From: Cellulomonas sp. 73-92
GTDB taxonomy: Bacteria > Actinomycetota > Actinomycetes > Actinomycetales > Cellulomonadaceae
Length of the DNA: 64,000 bases
NCBI RefSeq assembly: GCF_001898175.1
Contig: NZ_MKTH01000006.1
Location: forward strand, 15,100 to 79,099
Reading direction: 5' to 3'
Below, piece after piece: positions 21,167 through 31,298 of this stretch. The translations under genes and the position numbers were made by a program. The stretch's first letter is position 1, and the number at the start of each line of letters is the position of its first letter. Below the pieces are notes generated by a model that ran no database searches, was not told the DNA's origin, and saw only the letters and a list, made by a program, of their open reading frames with translations.

Positions 21167-22093
21167 TCAGGCGCGCTCGGCGTCGACGAGGTGCGTGCGG
21201 AGCCGCTGCATCGCCGCGGTGTGCATCTGGGAGATCCGGGACTCGGTGACACCGAGGGCGCGGCCGATCTGCGCCAGCGTCATGCCCTCGTAGTAGTAGA
21301 GGACGACGACCATGCGCTCCCGCTCGGAGAGCTGCTCGATGGCGCGGGCAAGCAGGTACGTCGTCTCCTGGGACTCGACGGAGCCGGCGGGGTCCTCCAC
21401 CCGTTCGTCGCCCAGGGTGTCGCCCAGGCTGACGGCGCCGGGGCGGTCGTCGCCGCCGAGCATCTCGTCCAGCGCGACGATGTTGACGGTCGACAGCTGC
21501 GAGAACGCCGTCCGCAGCTCGTCCATCGAGACCTCGAGCTTGTCGGCGATCTCGGTGTCGGTCGGCGTGCGGTGCAGCGTCGCCTCGAGCTCGCCGTACG
21601 CGCGGTCGATGGCCCGCGCCTTGGTCCGCACGGAGCGCGGCACCCAGTCCATGGCGCGCAGCTCGTCGATGATCGCGCCGCGGATGCGGCTCGACGCGTA
21701 CGACTCGAAGCGCACCGCGCGGCCCGGCTCGTACTTCTCGATCGCGTCGATGAGGCCGAACATGCCGCACGAGACGAGGTCGGCGTGCTCGACCATGCTC
21801 GGCAGGCGCAGCCCGACGCGGCCGGCGACCGCCGACACGAGCGGCGCGTAGTGCATGATCAGCCACTCGCGCGCGGCCTCGGCGCCGGTGGACTTCAGCT
21901 CGGTCCAGTGCGCCGCGACCACGTCGTCGCCGGCGAGGGCCGGGGGCACGTAGTCGGCGGGCGGCTGGTACCGGCGCGGCTGCGGGATGACACCGCGCGG
22001 CGCGGTCGGGGCCGTGCGGCCGGCCGGAACGTGCACGGGCGGGACGACGGTGTCGGCGTCGGTGCTCATCGGGGACTCCGTTCGGGCGCTCAT
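21167..22093 (-). CDS. whiG: WhiG/FliA-type (group 3) sigma factor
   Basis: HYAPLVSAVAGRV...ADLVSCGMFGLIDAIEKYEPGRAVRFESYASSRIRGAIIDELRAMDWVPRSVR...MTLAQIGRALGVTESRISQMH. The ATG at 22093 overlaps the xerC stop (ATGA). An alternative start is ATG 22068. Confidence 0.9.
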   Translation of the reverse strand: MSARTESPMSTDADTVVPPVHVPAGRTAPTAPRGVIPQPRRYQPPADYVPPALAGDDVVAAHWTELKSTGAEAAREWLIMHYAPLVSAVAGRVGLRLPSMVEHADLVSCGMFGLIDAIEKYEPGRAVRFESYASSRIRGAIIDELRAMDWVPRSVRTKARAIDRAYGELEATLHRTPTDTEIADKLEVSMDELRTAFSQLSTVNIVALDEMLGGDDRPGAVSLGDTLGDERVEDPAGSVESQETTYLLARAIEQLSERERMVVVLYYYEGMTLAQIGRALGVTESRISQMHTAAMQRLRTHLVDAERA

Positions 22094-23019
22094 GCGCGGG
22101 GGTGGGCGAGCTGGTAGGACGAGCGCAGGCGCTCGGCCGAGACGTGGGTGTACCGCTGGGTGGTGCCGAGGCTGGCGTGACCCAGGAGCTCCTGGACGCT
22201 GCGCAGGTCCGACCCGCGCTCGAGCAGGTGCGTCGCGGCGGTGTGCCGCAGCGCGTGCGGGGCGACGTCGTCGACGCCGGCACGGCGCGCCATCGCATGG
22301 ACCGCGTCGCGCATCCGGCGCTGGTCGACCCGCCCGCCGCGAGCACCGAGGAACAGCGCATCGCCGGACGCGGCGTTGGCCAGCCGCGGCCGCGCCTGCG
22401 TCAGCCACACGGTCAGCGCGTCCGCCGCCGGCTTGCCGAAGGGGACCACGCGCTCCTTGTCGCCCTTGCCGAGCACGCGCAGCGACCGCGTCGCCAGGTC
22501 CACGTCCGTGAGGTCGGCGCCGCACAGCTCGCCCACCCGGATGCCCGAGGCGTACAGCAGCTCGGCGGCCGCCCAGTCCCGCACCGCGACGGGGTCGCGG
22601 TCGTCGGCCACCTCGGCGGCCTCGTCGAGCAGGGACGCCACGGCGTCCTGGCGCAGCACCGACGGCAGGTGGGTGGCCGTCTTCGCGGTCGCGAGCCGGA
22701 CCGTCGGGTCCTGCGCGACCCGACCGGTGTGCGCCGCCCAGCCGAAGAACGTCCGGGCCGCGGCCGCCCGCCGCGCCATGGTCGCCCGTGACAGGTGCCG
22801 CGCGGCCATCGACGCGAGCCACGCCCGGAGGAGGCCCAGGTCGACGGCGTCGAGGGTGGCCCGGCCGTGGCGGCCGGCGAAGCCGAGAAGGTCGTCGAGA
22901 TCGCCGAGATAGGCGCGCACCGTGTGCTCCGACAGTCCCCGCTGGGACCGCAGGTGCGCCGCGAAGTCGGCGTGCAGAACGGCGTACGGAACCGTGCGCT
23001 GTCGCGCCTGCTCCGACAT
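22090..23019 (-). CDS. xerC: tyrosine site-specific recombinase XerC
   Basis: It has an N-terminal SAM-like domain (LSEHTVRAYLGDLDDL) and the catalytic motifs ASGIRVGEL...HALRHTAATHLLERGSDLRSVQELLGHASLGTTQRYTH. The start is set at ATG 23019. Confidence 0.92.
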   Translation of the reverse strand: MSEQARQRTVPYAVLHADFAAHLRSQRGLSEHTVRAYLGDLDDLLGFAGRHGRATLDAVDLGLLRAWLASMAARHLSRATMARRAAAARTFFGWAAHTGRVAQDPTVRLATAKTATHLPSVLRQDAVASLLDEAAEVADDRDPVAVRDWAAAELLYASGIRVGELCGADLTDVDLATRSLRVLGKGDKERVVPFGKPAADALTVWLTQARPRLANAASGDALFLGARGGRVDQRRMRDAVHAMARRAGVDDVAPHALRHTAATHLLERGSDLRSVQELLGHASLGTTQRYTHVSAERLRSSYQLAHPRA

Positions 23020-23304
23020 CCCGGTCACCCGCACAGGCTTACCGTGACCGGTGCGGACCCGCAGATCAAGGGGGATCTGCAACGAAATGGGCACGCCATG
23101 GGCGAATGCGCCGCGAATGTCCGATTTTCGGGCCGGAATGGACGCACCCGGGACGCATTTCACCCGCTTGGAGTATTCAGGATCCGTGACCCCCCACCGC
23201 GGAGGCGACGCCCGAACGGCGTGTTGCGGCCGCCGGACCGGTGCGCCACGCGGCGGGGTGGTGACGGCGTCACCCGGTTGGCCGCCACCCGTCCGGCCGT
23301 GCGC

Positions 23305-24474
23305 TCACCGGCCGCGCGGCGGCCTGACCGCACGCCATCCGTCGTCCTTCCGGACCGCCAGGCCGGCCAGCTCGAGCAGCCCGAGCGCGCTGCGCACCGC
23401 CGCGCCGTCGAGGTCGGCACGCGCGGCGACGTCGTCCTCGCGCGTCCCCGTCCGCAGGCTCAGGGCGTCGTGCACCTGGAGGCATGCCGGGGAGAGCCAG
23501 GACGCGTCGTCGTCCCCGACCAGGCCCGGCACGGCGCTCCCCTGGCGGGCGCCGGTGGGCAGGAGCTCGATCACGTCCTCGACGTCCGTGACGCACACCG
23601 CGGCGCCCTCGCGCAGCAGCCGGTGGCAGCCGGCGGACGCGACCGACGTCACCGGGCCCGGCACCGCACCGACGGGTCGCATGAGGTCCACGGCGTGGTG
23701 GGCGGTCGACAGAGCCCCGGATCGCCAGGCCGCCTCGACGACCACCGTCGCGGCGGTCATCGCGGCGATGAGCCGGTTGCGTTGGAGGAAGCGCGACTTC
23801 GTCGGGAGCGCGCCCGGCGGCATCTCGGAGACCAGCGCGCCGCCGGCACCGACCGCCTCCTCGAACAGCCGCACGTTCCCGGCCGGGTACCCGCGGTCGA
23901 CGCCGCCGGCCAGCACGACGAGCGTGGCGCCGTCGCCGGCGATCGCCCCACGGTGGGCGGCGGCGTCGATCCCGTAGGCCCCGCCCGAGACGACGACGAC
24001 CCCACGGCGCACGAGCCCGTTCGCCAGGTCGAACGCCACCCGTTCGCCGTAGCCGGTGCTGGCGCGCGAGCCGACGACCGCGACGGCGGGCCGGTCGTGG
24101 GGCAGGGAGCCACGGCACCACAGCGCGAACGGCGCGCCGTCGCCGAGGTCGTCCAGCGCCGTGGGCCAGCCGTCGTCGCCGGGGACGACGAGCCGCCCGC
24201 CGGCCCGAGCGAGGTCCGTCAGGAGGGCGTCGACGGACACCTCCTGGCCGCGGGCCGCCCAGCGGTGGGCGGCGCCGACCAGGCGCAGGCGGCTCGGCCC
24301 GGGAACCCCGGGAAGGGCCGCCCAGTCGGGAGCGCCACGGCCCGCCGCGGCCACCCAGTCGACGGCCGCCGCCGCGCCGAGCGCCCGCACGAGCGCTCCG
24401 GCGAGCAGGTCCCCCGGCTCGGCGCTCGCCGACCACTGTGCGCGCGCCCGCCGCTCCTCGTCGGCGGTGCTCAT
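23305..24474 (-). CDS. dprA: DNA processing/protecting protein DprA
   Basis: The ATG at 24474 overlaps the comM stop (ATGA). It has VAVVGSRASTGYGERVA...VVSGGAYGIDAAAHRGA...FLQRNRLIAAM and a C-terminal winged-helix domain. It is the in-frame tail of ORF 23305..25965. Confidence 0.92.
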   Translation of the reverse strand: MSTADEERRARAQWSASAEPGDLLAGALVRALGAAAAVDWVAAAGRGAPDWAALPGVPGPSRLRLVGAAHRWAARGQEVSVDALLTDLARAGGRLVVPGDDGWPTALDDLGDGAPFALWCRGSLPHDRPAVAVVGSRASTGYGERVAFDLANGLVRRGVVVVSGGAYGIDAAAHRGAIAGDGATLVVLAGGVDRGYPAGNVRLFEEAVGAGGALVSEMPPGALPTKSRFLQRNRLIAAMTAATVVVEAAWRSGALSTAHHAVDLMRPVGAVPGPVTSVASAGCHRLLREGAAVCVTDVEDVIELLPTGARQGSAVPGLVGDDDASWLSPACLQVHDALSLRTGTREDDVAARADLDGAAVRSALGLLELAGLAVRKDDGWRAVRPPRGR

Positions 24475-25991
24475 GCGCCGTGCCCCCGGGTCCGCAGGTC
24501 GAGCGCCGCGCCCACGTCGGTCGGGCTGGGGGCATCCCTCCCGCCGAGGTCGGCGAGCGTCCACGCCACCCGGAGCACCCGGTCGACGCCCCGCAGCGAG
24601 AGCGTGCCGCGGTCGACGGAGTCGTCCAGCGCGCGCACCAGCCGACGGTCGGGCCCGAGCCGGGCCCGCAGCCACCCGCCCGGCACCTCGGCGTTCGTGC
24701 TCCAGCCGGTGCCGGCGAGCCGGTGCGCGGCGGCCGCCCTCGCCCGCCGCACCCGCTCGGCGACGACGGCCGACGACTCGCCCGGCCGGTCGCTGGACCG
24801 CGCGGGGACGACGTCCACCTGGAGATCGACCCGGTCGAGGAGCGGTCCGGACAGCTTGCCGAAGTAGCGGCGGCGCTGGTGCGGGGTGCACGTGCAGGTC
24901 AGTCCCTTGCCCACGGAGTTGCCGCACGGGCACGGGTTGGCCGCCAGCACGAGCTGGAACCGGGCGGGATAGCGCGCGATCCCGGCCGAACGGTGCAGCA
25001 CCACCTCCCCGTGCTCGAGCGGCTGCCTCAGCGTCTGGAGCACCGCCACCTGGAACTCCGGGGCCTCGTCCAGGAAGAGCACGCCGCGGTGGGCGCGCGA
25101 CGCGGCCCCCGGCCGCGGGATCCCCGAGCCGCCACCCACCACGGCGGCGGGAGTCGCGGTGTGGTGCGGGTTCTCGAACGGCGGTCGTCGGAGCAGGCCG
25201 TCGGCAGGGTCGAACACGCCGGCCAGGGAGTGCACGGCCGTCACTTCGACGGCCGCCACCTCGTCGAGGTCCGGCAGGAGGCCGGGCAGCCGCGCCGCCA
25301 GCATCGTCTTGCCGACACCCGGCGGGCCGACCATCAGCAGGTGGTGGCCGCCCGCCGCAGCGACCTCGAGGACCGCCCGTGCCGCGTCCTGCCCGATGAC
25401 GTCGGCAAGGTCGGGGACGTCGGCCGTCGGCCGCGGCGGCACCAGCGCCGCGACGGGGTCCGCGTCGGGCACGTCGACGTCGGCGCCGTACCGGGCGGCG
25501 ATCTCGGCCAGGCAGTGCGCGCCGACCACGTCCGCGCCGGGGACCAGCCGCGCCTCGGCGACGTTGCCCGCGGGCACGACGACCCGCGGCAGGCCCGCGG
25601 CCACGGCCGCCGCCACCGCCGGCAGCACCCCGCGCACCGGGCGCAGCCGGCCGTCCAGCCCGAGCTCGCCGAGGTGGACGGTCGCGGTCGCCGCCCGCGG
25701 CTCGACGAGGCCGGCGCCCGCGAGGATCGCCACCGCGATCGCCACGTCGAAGGCCGAGCCCGCCTTGGGGAGCGCCGCGGGCGACAGGTTGACGGTGATG
25801 CGCCGGTTCGGCCACGGCAGGCCGCTCGAGGTCACGGCGGCCCGCACGCGGTCGCGAGCCTCGGCGAGGGCGGCGTCGGGCAGCCCGACCAGCGTGAACG
25901 CCGGCAGCGACGGTGCGAGGTGCGCCTCGACGTCGACGACGTACCCCGACAGCCCGACGAGGCACACGGAGCGGGTGTGTCCGAGGAGCAC
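24471..25991 (-). CDS. YifB/ComM family Mg-chelatase-like AAA+ ATPase
   Basis: It has an N-terminal Lon-protease-like ChlI domain, Walker A (LLMVGPPGVGKTMLA), Walker B (GVLFLDEAPEF), and a zinc ribbon (NPCPCGN...CTC). Confidence 0.93.
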   Translation of the reverse strand: MLLGHTRSVCLVGLSGYVVDVEAHLAPSLPAFTLVGLPDAALAEARDRVRAAVTSSGLPWPNRRITVNLSPAALPKAGSAFDVAIAVAILAGAGLVEPRAATATVHLGELGLDGRLRPVRGVLPAVAAAVAAGLPRVVVPAGNVAEARLVPGADVVGAHCLAEIAARYGADVDVPDADPVAALVPPRPTADVPDLADVIGQDAARAVLEVAAAGGHHLLMVGPPGVGKTMLAARLPGLLPDLDEVAAVEVTAVHSLAGVFDPADGLLRRPPFENPHHTATPAAVVGGGSGIPRPGAASRAHRGVLFLDEAPEFQVAVLQTLRQPLEHGEVVLHRSAGIARYPARFQLVLAANPCPCGNSVGKGLTCTCTPHQRRRYFGKLSGPLLDRVDLQVDVVPARSSDRPGESSAVVAERVRRARAAAAHRLAGTGWSTNAEVPGGWLRARLGPDRRLVRALDDSVDRGTLSLRGVDRVLRVAWTLADLGGRDAPSPTDVGAALDLRTRGHGA

Positions 25992-25992
25992 G

Positions 25993-26370
25993 TCACACCA
26001 CCCCGGTGAGGTGGTCGACGAGCGGTGCGCCGCGCGCGGGCACGACGACCGCGACGACGTCGACGCGCACCGAGGCCGGGTGCACGTCGTGCGCGGCGAG
26101 CCACCGGGCCGTCAGCCGGCGCACCCGCGCCAGCTTGTCGGGCGTCACGGCCAGCGACGGGGGGCCGAAGCGGTCCGACCGGCGCGTCTTGACCTCCACC
26201 GCGACGAGCTCGGTGCCGTCGAGGGCGACCAGGTCGAGCTCGCCGTCCCGGCAGCGCCAGTTGCGGTCCAGCACGGTCCAGCCGAGCGCGACCGCGTGCC
26301 GCGCCGCGACGTCCTCCCCGTACCGCCCCACGGCGTCCTTCGCCCGCACGGCCACCACCTCCGGGCGCAC
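25993..26370 (-). CDS. YraN family (UPF0102) endonuclease-like protein
   Basis: GRYGEDVAARHAVALGWTVLDRNWRCRDGELDLVALDG..LVAVEVKTR shows the PD-(D/E)xK-like signature. Confidence 0.88.
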   Translation of the reverse strand: MRPEVVAVRAKDAVGRYGEDVAARHAVALGWTVLDRNWRCRDGELDLVALDGTELVAVEVKTRRSDRFGPPSLAVTPDKLARVRRLTARWLAAHDVHPASVRVDVVAVVVPARGAPLVDHLTGVV

Positions 26371-26470
26371 ACGGTGCCGCGGGAGCCGACGCAGGCGAGC
26401 ACGGGACGACGAGGCCCGCGCGCCGAGCGAGTGAACGGCCGGGCTGTGGTCGGCTCGGCGATGGGCTCGC

Positions 26471-26794
26471 CTACCGGGCGAAGCCGGCGCTGCCCCCGAG
26501 GTCGAGCTCGGCCTTGGCGAGCTCCTCGACGTTGACGTCCTTGAACGTCACCACCCGCACCGACTTGACGAAGCGCGCCGAGCGGTACACGTCCCACACC
26601 CAGGCGTCGGCGAGGGACACCTCGAAGTAGACCTCGCCCGCCGCGGACCGCACCTGCAGGTCCACCTGGTTGGCCAGGTAGAAGCGGCGCTCGGTCTCCA
26701 CCACGTAGGAGAAGAGCCCGACGACGTCCCGGTACTCGCGGTACAGGGCCAGCTCGGCGTCGGTCTCGTAGTTCTCCAGGTCCTCGGCACTCAC
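26471..26794 (-). CDS. DUF2469 family protein
   Basis: The GTG at 26794 gives VSAEDLENYETDAELALYREYRDVVGLFSYVVETERRFYLANQVDL. This is the conserved actinobacterial neighbour of rnhB. Confidence 0.85.
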   Translation of the reverse strand: MSAEDLENYETDAELALYREYRDVVGLFSYVVETERRFYLANQVDLQVRSAAGEVYFEVSLADAWVWDVYRSARFVKSVRVVTFKDVNVEELAKAELDLGGSAGFAR

Positions 26795-26801
26795 GCGCCC
26801 A

Positions 26802-27539
26802 TCATCCCCCAACGAGGTCGGCGCCGGCGACGTCCTCGTCCGAGGCGGGCAGGGCGATGTCCTCGCACGGCTCCCCCGCGCCGGGCAGGTGCCACGACCG
26901 CCGGTGCAGCACGCACGGCCCGAGCTCGCGCAGCGCCGCCAGGTGCTCGGGCGATGCGTACCCCTTGTTCTCGGCCCACCGGTAAGCCGGGAACGAAACG
27001 GCAAGGGAGGTCATCATCGAATCACGTTCGCACTTGGCCAGCACGCTCGCCGCGGCGACGCTCGCGCAGGAACGGTCCGCCTTGATCCGCAGGTGGACGC
27101 GCGGGGCGTCGTCGGCCGGCTCGTCGTCGAAGAGCGTGGGCGTGCCGGTGAGCCAGTCGTGGTTGCCGTCGAGCAGCACGGTGTCGACGGGCCCGACGAC
27201 GAGCGACACCTGCGCCAGGGCGCGGCGCCCGGCCAGCCGCAGCGCCCCCATGATCCCGATCGCGTCGATCTCGTCGGCCGAGGCGTGCCCCACGGCCCGC
27301 GCCAGCCCCCAGCGCGACAGCGCCGGCAGCAGCGCCTGACGGGCGGCCTGGGTCAGCAGCTTGGAGTCGGCCACCCCCGGCGGCGCCGAGCGCGTGCGCG
27401 CGTCGACGACGACGACCCCGACGCTGACCGGGCCGGCGAGCGACCCGCGGCCCACCTCGTCCATCCCGGCGACCAGGCGGGCGCCGTCACGCAGCAGCTG
27501 GCGCTCGTGGCGCAGGTGCGGGACGACGAGCGGGCTCAT
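26802..27539 (-). CDS. rnhB: ribonuclease HII
   Basis: [21 protein letters not shown]...DSKLL...ASVLAK. The start overlaps the lepB stop (ATGA). Confidence 0.93.
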   Translation of the reverse strand: MSPLVVPHLRHERQLLRDGARLVAGMDEVGRGSLAGPVSVGVVVVDARTRSAPPGVADSKLLTQAARQALLPALSRWGLARAVGHASADEIDAIGIMGALRLAGRRALAQVSLVVGPVDTVLLDGNHDWLTGTPTLFDDEPADDAPRVHLRIKADRSCASVAAASVLAKCERDSMMTSLAVSFPAYRWAENKGYASPEHLAALRELGPCVLHRRSWHLPGAGEPCEDIALPASDEDVAGADLVGG

Positions 27540-28447
27540 GACGGGTTGGGCACGGACGCGAAGGTGGCGCCGGGGTTGCGCAGCACGGTCCAGCGGTCCG
27601 CGGGCCAGACGATGACGAAGGCGGTGCCGACGACGTTGGCCTCGGGGATCGAGCCGCCACCCGGGTTGCCCCGGTGGTAGCGCGAGTCCTCCGAGTGGTC
27701 ACGGTTGTCGCCCATCACCCACAGCGAGCCGGCGGGCACGGTGGTGTCGAACGCCATGCCGCACGGCTGTGAGCCCGGGGCGAGGTAGGGCTCGTCGAGC
27801 GCCACGCCGTTGACCGTCACCTGGGACGTCGGGCCGGTGCAGACGATGTGGTCGCCGGGCAGCCCGATGATCCGCTTGACCAGGTGCTGGCCCGCGTCCA
27901 CGGGGCGCAGCCCGATGAACGTCAGCACGTCGTTGGTGACGCGCTGGAACCCGGTGACCGGGACCGTCGGCTGGTCGGCCAGCCACCCGCCCGGGTCCTT
28001 GAACACGACGATGTCCCCGCGGTGGACCTGCAGCGGCCCGGGGGCGAGCTTGCTGACGAGGATCCGGTCGTCCTCGACGAGCGTGTTGTTCATCGAGGGC
28101 GACGGGATCCAGAACGCCTGGACGAGGAACGTCTTGACGAGCAACGACAGCACGAGCGCGCTGACCAGCACGATCGCGGTCTCGCGGAGCCAGGACAGCG
28201 GCCCGCTGCGGGCGGGCTGGGCGCGCCGCGCCCGGTCACCGCGGTCCCGGCGCGCACCACCCTCGGCCGGTCCGGGTGCGCCGGCTGCCACGCCGGACGG
28301 CGTCGGGCCGGCTGGGGCGGTGCCTGCCGCCGGGACCTGCGGATCCGACCCGGCGGGGCTTGTCGCACCGGGGGCGCCGGCGACCCGGGGCGCCCACACC
28401 GGCCGCTCGGGCACCGGCCCGTCGGGGTTCCACTCACTCACCCGCAC
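27536..28447 (-). CDS. lepB: signal peptidase I
   Basis: It has a Pro/Ala-rich cytoplasmic N-terminus, one TM helix, the catalytic PSPSMNNTL (Ser), KRIIGLPGD (Lys) and [11 protein letters not shown] boxes. Confidence 0.92.
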   Translation of the reverse strand: MRVSEWNPDGPVPERPVWAPRVAGAPGATSPAGSDPQVPAAGTAPAGPTPSGVAAGAPGPAEGGARRDRGDRARRAQPARSGPLSWLRETAIVLVSALVLSLLVKTFLVQAFWIPSPSMNNTLVEDDRILVSKLAPGPLQVHRGDIVVFKDPGGWLADQPTVPVTGFQRVTNDVLTFIGLRPVDAGQHLVKRIIGLPGDHIVCTGPTSQVTVNGVALDEPYLAPGSQPCGMAFDTTVPAGSLWVMGDNRDHSEDSRYHRGNPGGGSIPEANVVGTAFVIVWPADRWTVLRNPGATFASVPNPS

Positions 28448-28556
28448 AGCCTCGCACGCCGGATCGGGTGCCGACGCACGGCGTCGCCGACCGAGACCTG
28501 CGAAGGACGACGGAGGGGCGGCCCCGTGACGGGACCGCCCCTCCGGAGGACCGGGC

Positions 28557-28916
28557 TCAGGCCTGCGGCGTCGTCTCGCGACGCTCCTTGATCTTGGCCT
28601 TCTTGCCGCGCAGGTTGCGCAGGTAGTACAGCTTCGCGCGCCGCACGTCGCCGCGGGTGACCACCTCGACGGAGTCGACCGTGGGGGTGTGCACCGGGAA
28701 GGTGCGCTCCACGCCGACGCCGAAGCTGATCTTGCGGACCGTGAACGTCTCGCGGACGCCGCTGCCCTGGCGCGCGATGACGACGCCCTGGAACGCCTGG
28801 ATGCGGGACCGGTTGCCCTCGACGACCTTGACGTTCACCTTGACGGTGTCGCCGGGCCGGAAGTCGGGGACGTCGTCGCGCAGCGAGGCCGCGTCGAGCG
28901 AGTCGAGGGTGTGCAT
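28557..28916 (-). CDS. rplS: 50S ribosomal protein L19
   Basis: [44 protein letters not shown]...[15 protein letters not shown]. Confidence 0.96.
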   Translation of the reverse strand: MHTLDSLDAASLRDDVPDFRPGDTVKVNVKVVEGNRSRIQAFQGVVIARQGSGVRETFTVRKISFGVGVERTFPVHTPTVDSVEVVTRGDVRRAKLYYLRNLRGKKAKIKERRETTPQA

Positions 28917-29086
28917 GGTGGTGTCGCTCTCTCGCCCTGCCGCGGGTCAGGGACGTCGTCGGACCGCCCTCGCCGCTCGTCGTGCATCGGTGAGCGGGGC
29001 GGGAGGTTCAAGTGACGGTCGGTGCGGTCCGGGAGACCCGAGGCGCCTTTCCGACCCCTCCTGCGGCAGAGGGCGGGTGCGCACAC

Positions 29087-29104
29087 CAGCGGACCAGTGT
29101 GCCA
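29087..29104 (-). promoter_or_regulatory. 18-nt motif TGGCACACTGGTCCGCTG upstream of rplS (shared with rpsP)
   Basis: It is 17/18 identical to 31299-31316 on the same strand and lies about 170 nt upstream of the rplS ATG. It reads as an extended -10-like TGnCACAcT followed by a GC-rich GGTCCGC. Confidence 0.4.
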
Positions 29105-29133
29105 TACCGCCCCGGCGCGGCTCCAACCGGGGA

Positions 29134-29916
29134 TCAGGCCGGGCGGACGAGCTCGAGGTGGTTGCCGACGACGACCCAGCCGAGCCGGCCGAGCGTCTGC
29201 CGGTCGTGCTTGTCCAGCGCCGCGACGTCGAGCCGTGCGAGCAGGTCCGGACGGCGCTCCGCGGTGCGCTCCAGGGCCTCGTCGCGGCGCCAGCGCTCCA
29301 CCTTGCCGTGGTGGCCCGAGAGGAGCACGTCGGGCACGTCGAGGCCCTCCCAGGCGGCGGGCTTCGTGTACACGGGGTACTCGAGCAGGCCGTCCGCGCC
29401 GTGCGACTCCTCGACCAGCGAGTCCGGGTTGCCGACGACGCCGGGCAGCAGGCGCGCCACCGCCTCGACGACGACGAGCGCGGCGACCTCTCCCCCGTTG
29501 AGCACGTAGTCGCCGAGCGACAGCTCGGTCACCGGCAAGCGGTCGCGGTAGTGCTCGACGACGCGCGCGTCGATCCCCTCGTACCGGCCGCACGCGACGA
29601 TCAGCCGGTCCTCGCCGGCCCACGACTCGGCGTGCCGCTGCGTGAACGGCTCCCCCGACGGCGTCGGCACGACAAGCCGCGCCGGCCCGTCGGCCAGCAG
29701 CTCGTCGAGCGCGCGGCCCCAGACGTCCGGGCGCATCACCATGCCGGCGCCGCCACCGAACGGGGTGTCGTCGACCGTGCGGTGCCGGTCGGTGGTCCAG
29801 TCCCGCAGGTCGTGGACGCGCACGTCCAGCAGCCCGGCCTGGCGGGCCTTGCCGACGAGCGACAGCTCGAGCGGCGCCAGGTACTCCGGGAAGATCGTGA
29901 CGACGTCGACGCGCAC
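29134..29916 (-). CDS. trmD: tRNA (guanine37-N1)-methyltransferase
   Basis: The GTG at 29916 gives [16 protein letters not shown]...[18 protein letters not shown]...[11 protein letters not shown]...[11 protein letters not shown]. Confidence 0.94.
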   Translation of the reverse strand: MRVDVVTIFPEYLAPLELSLVGKARQAGLLDVRVHDLRDWTTDRHRTVDDTPFGGGAGMVMRPDVWGRALDELLADGPARLVVPTPSGEPFTQRHAESWAGEDRLIVACGRYEGIDARVVEHYRDRLPVTELSLGDYVLNGGEVAALVVVEAVARLLPGVVGNPDSLVEESHGADGLLEYPVYTKPAAWEGLDVPDVLLSGHHGKVERWRRDEALERTAERRPDLLARLDVAALDKHDRQTLGRLGWVVVGNHLELVRPA

Positions 29917-29917
29917 G

Positions 29918-30484
29918 TCAGCCTCGCGTCTCGTCGTCGGACACGACGAGGTGCTCCGCGTCCGAGGCGAGCAGCCCACCCGGCGGGTCGAGCACGACGC
30001 GCCCACCGGAGACGTCCACCACCGGCACGATGGCACGGACGAACGGCACGAGCGTGCGGGCGCCGTCGGGCTCGCGCAGCAGGAGCAGGTCGTGCGCCGG
30101 GGCGTGCTCCAGCCCGACGATCTCGCCCAGCAGGCGACCGTCCGTGCCCTCGGCGCGCAGCCCGGCGAGCTCGTGCGGGTACCACGCGTCCACGTCGTCC
30201 CCGTCGTCCCCGTCGTCCTCCGGCTCGTCGCCGGCGTCGACGACGAGGGACACGCCGGTCAGCGCCTCGGCCGCCGTGCGGTCACCGACCCCCTCGAACA
30301 CGACGAACCAGCGCCCCTGCTGCACGCGGGAGCGCTGGATCGTCAGTGGACCGGCGGACGCCGGGTCGGTGGTCAGCACGGCGCCGACGACCAGCCGCTC
30401 GTCGGGCACGTCGGTGCGGACGTCGAGCGCCACCTCGCCACGCAGGCCGTGCGCACGGCCGATGCGGGCGACGGTCAGCAGCAC
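29918..30484 (-). CDS. rimM: 16S rRNA processing protein RimM
   Basis: [25 protein letters not shown] is followed by a PRC barrel ([21 protein letters not shown]). Confidence 0.92.
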   Translation of the reverse strand: MLLTVARIGRAHGLRGEVALDVRTDVPDERLVVGAVLTTDPASAGPLTIQRSRVQQGRWFVVFEGVGDRTAAEALTGVSLVVDAGDEPEDDGDDGDDVDAWYPHELAGLRAEGTDGRLLGEIVGLEHAPAHDLLLLREPDGARTLVPFVRAIVPVVDVSGGRVVLDPPGGLLASDAEHLVVSDDETRG

Positions 30485-30497
30485 GACGCGGGCCCCG

Positions 30498-30737
30498 TCA
30501 GCGACGGTCGACGTCGACGACGTCGACGCGCACGGTCCCCTCGGACGACAGGGCGTTGACGACCGTCCGGAGTGCCCGCGCGGTCCGACCGCCCCGGCCG
30601 ATCACGCGGCCGAGGTCGTCGGGGTGCACGCGCACCTCGAGCAGCTCGCCGCGGCGCAGCGTGGCCGAGCGGACCTGCACGTCGTCCGGGTGGTCGACGA
30701 TGCCCCGCACGAGGTGCTCGAGCGCGTCGGCGAGCAC
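30498..30737 (-). CDS. KH-domain RNA-binding protein (YlqC family)
   Basis: LEHLVRGIVDHPDDVQV...VHPDDLGRVIGRGGRTARALRTVV contains the GxxG KH motif. It sits between rpsP and rimM. Confidence 0.88.
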   Translation of the reverse strand: MLADALEHLVRGIVDHPDDVQVRSATLRRGELLEVRVHPDDLGRVIGRGGRTARALRTVVNALSSEGTVRVDVVDVDRR

Positions 30738-30738
30738 G

Positions 30739-31182
30739 TCAGGCCTGCTCGTCCTCGGCGGCGGCCTCGGCCGTCTCCTCGGCGGGGGCCTCGACGACCG
30801 GCTCCTCCGCCTTCTTGGCCGAAGCGGTCGCCTTGACCTTCTCGGCGTCGGCGGCGGCCGCCTCGACCGCAGCCTTCGGGTCGACCTTGCCGGCCTTGAC
30901 CTTCAGCGTGCCCTCGGCGCCCGGCAGGCCCTTGAACTTCTGCCAGTCACCGGTGACCTTGAGCAGCACGACGACCTGGTCGCTGGGCTGCGCGCCGACG
31001 CCGAGCCAGTACTGCGCACGCTCGGAGTCGACCTCGATGAGCGAGGGCTCCTCGGTGGGGTGGTACTTGCCGATCTCCTCGATCACCTTGCCGTCGCGGC
31101 GGGCGCGGGAGTCGGCAACGACGATGCGGTAGTACGGCGCGCGGATCTTGCCCAGGCGCTTGAGGCGGATCTTGGTGGCCAC
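30739..31182 (-). CDS. rpsP: 30S ribosomal protein S16 with Ala/Glu-rich C-terminal extension
   Basis: A GTG start gives (M)[41 protein letters not shown]. An SD aggagaa lies upstream. Confidence 0.95.
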   Translation of the reverse strand: MATKIRLKRLGKIRAPYYRIVVADSRARRDGKVIEEIGKYHPTEEPSLIEVDSERAQYWLGVGAQPSDQVVVLLKVTGDWQKFKGLPGAEGTLKVKAGKVDPKAAVEAAAADAEKVKATASAKKAEEPVVEAPAEETAEAAAEDEQA

Positions 31183-31298
31183 GAGCGGATGTTCTCCTGA
31201 TGTCTGTGGGTGGTCTCGCCGTCGGGCCCGTGGGGATGGGCGCCGGTCCGACCGGGGACGCGGCCGGGCGCAGGTAGAGGGGCTGCGCCAGCCGAGTA

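Noticed and set aside
22090-23019. The tyrosine recombinase as a marker of an integrated mobile element
   Set aside because: It has XerC-type motifs and the conserved chromosomal context (whiG/dprA/comM neighbourhood, as in other actinobacteria). There are no flanking att-like repeats, tRNA or phage genes.
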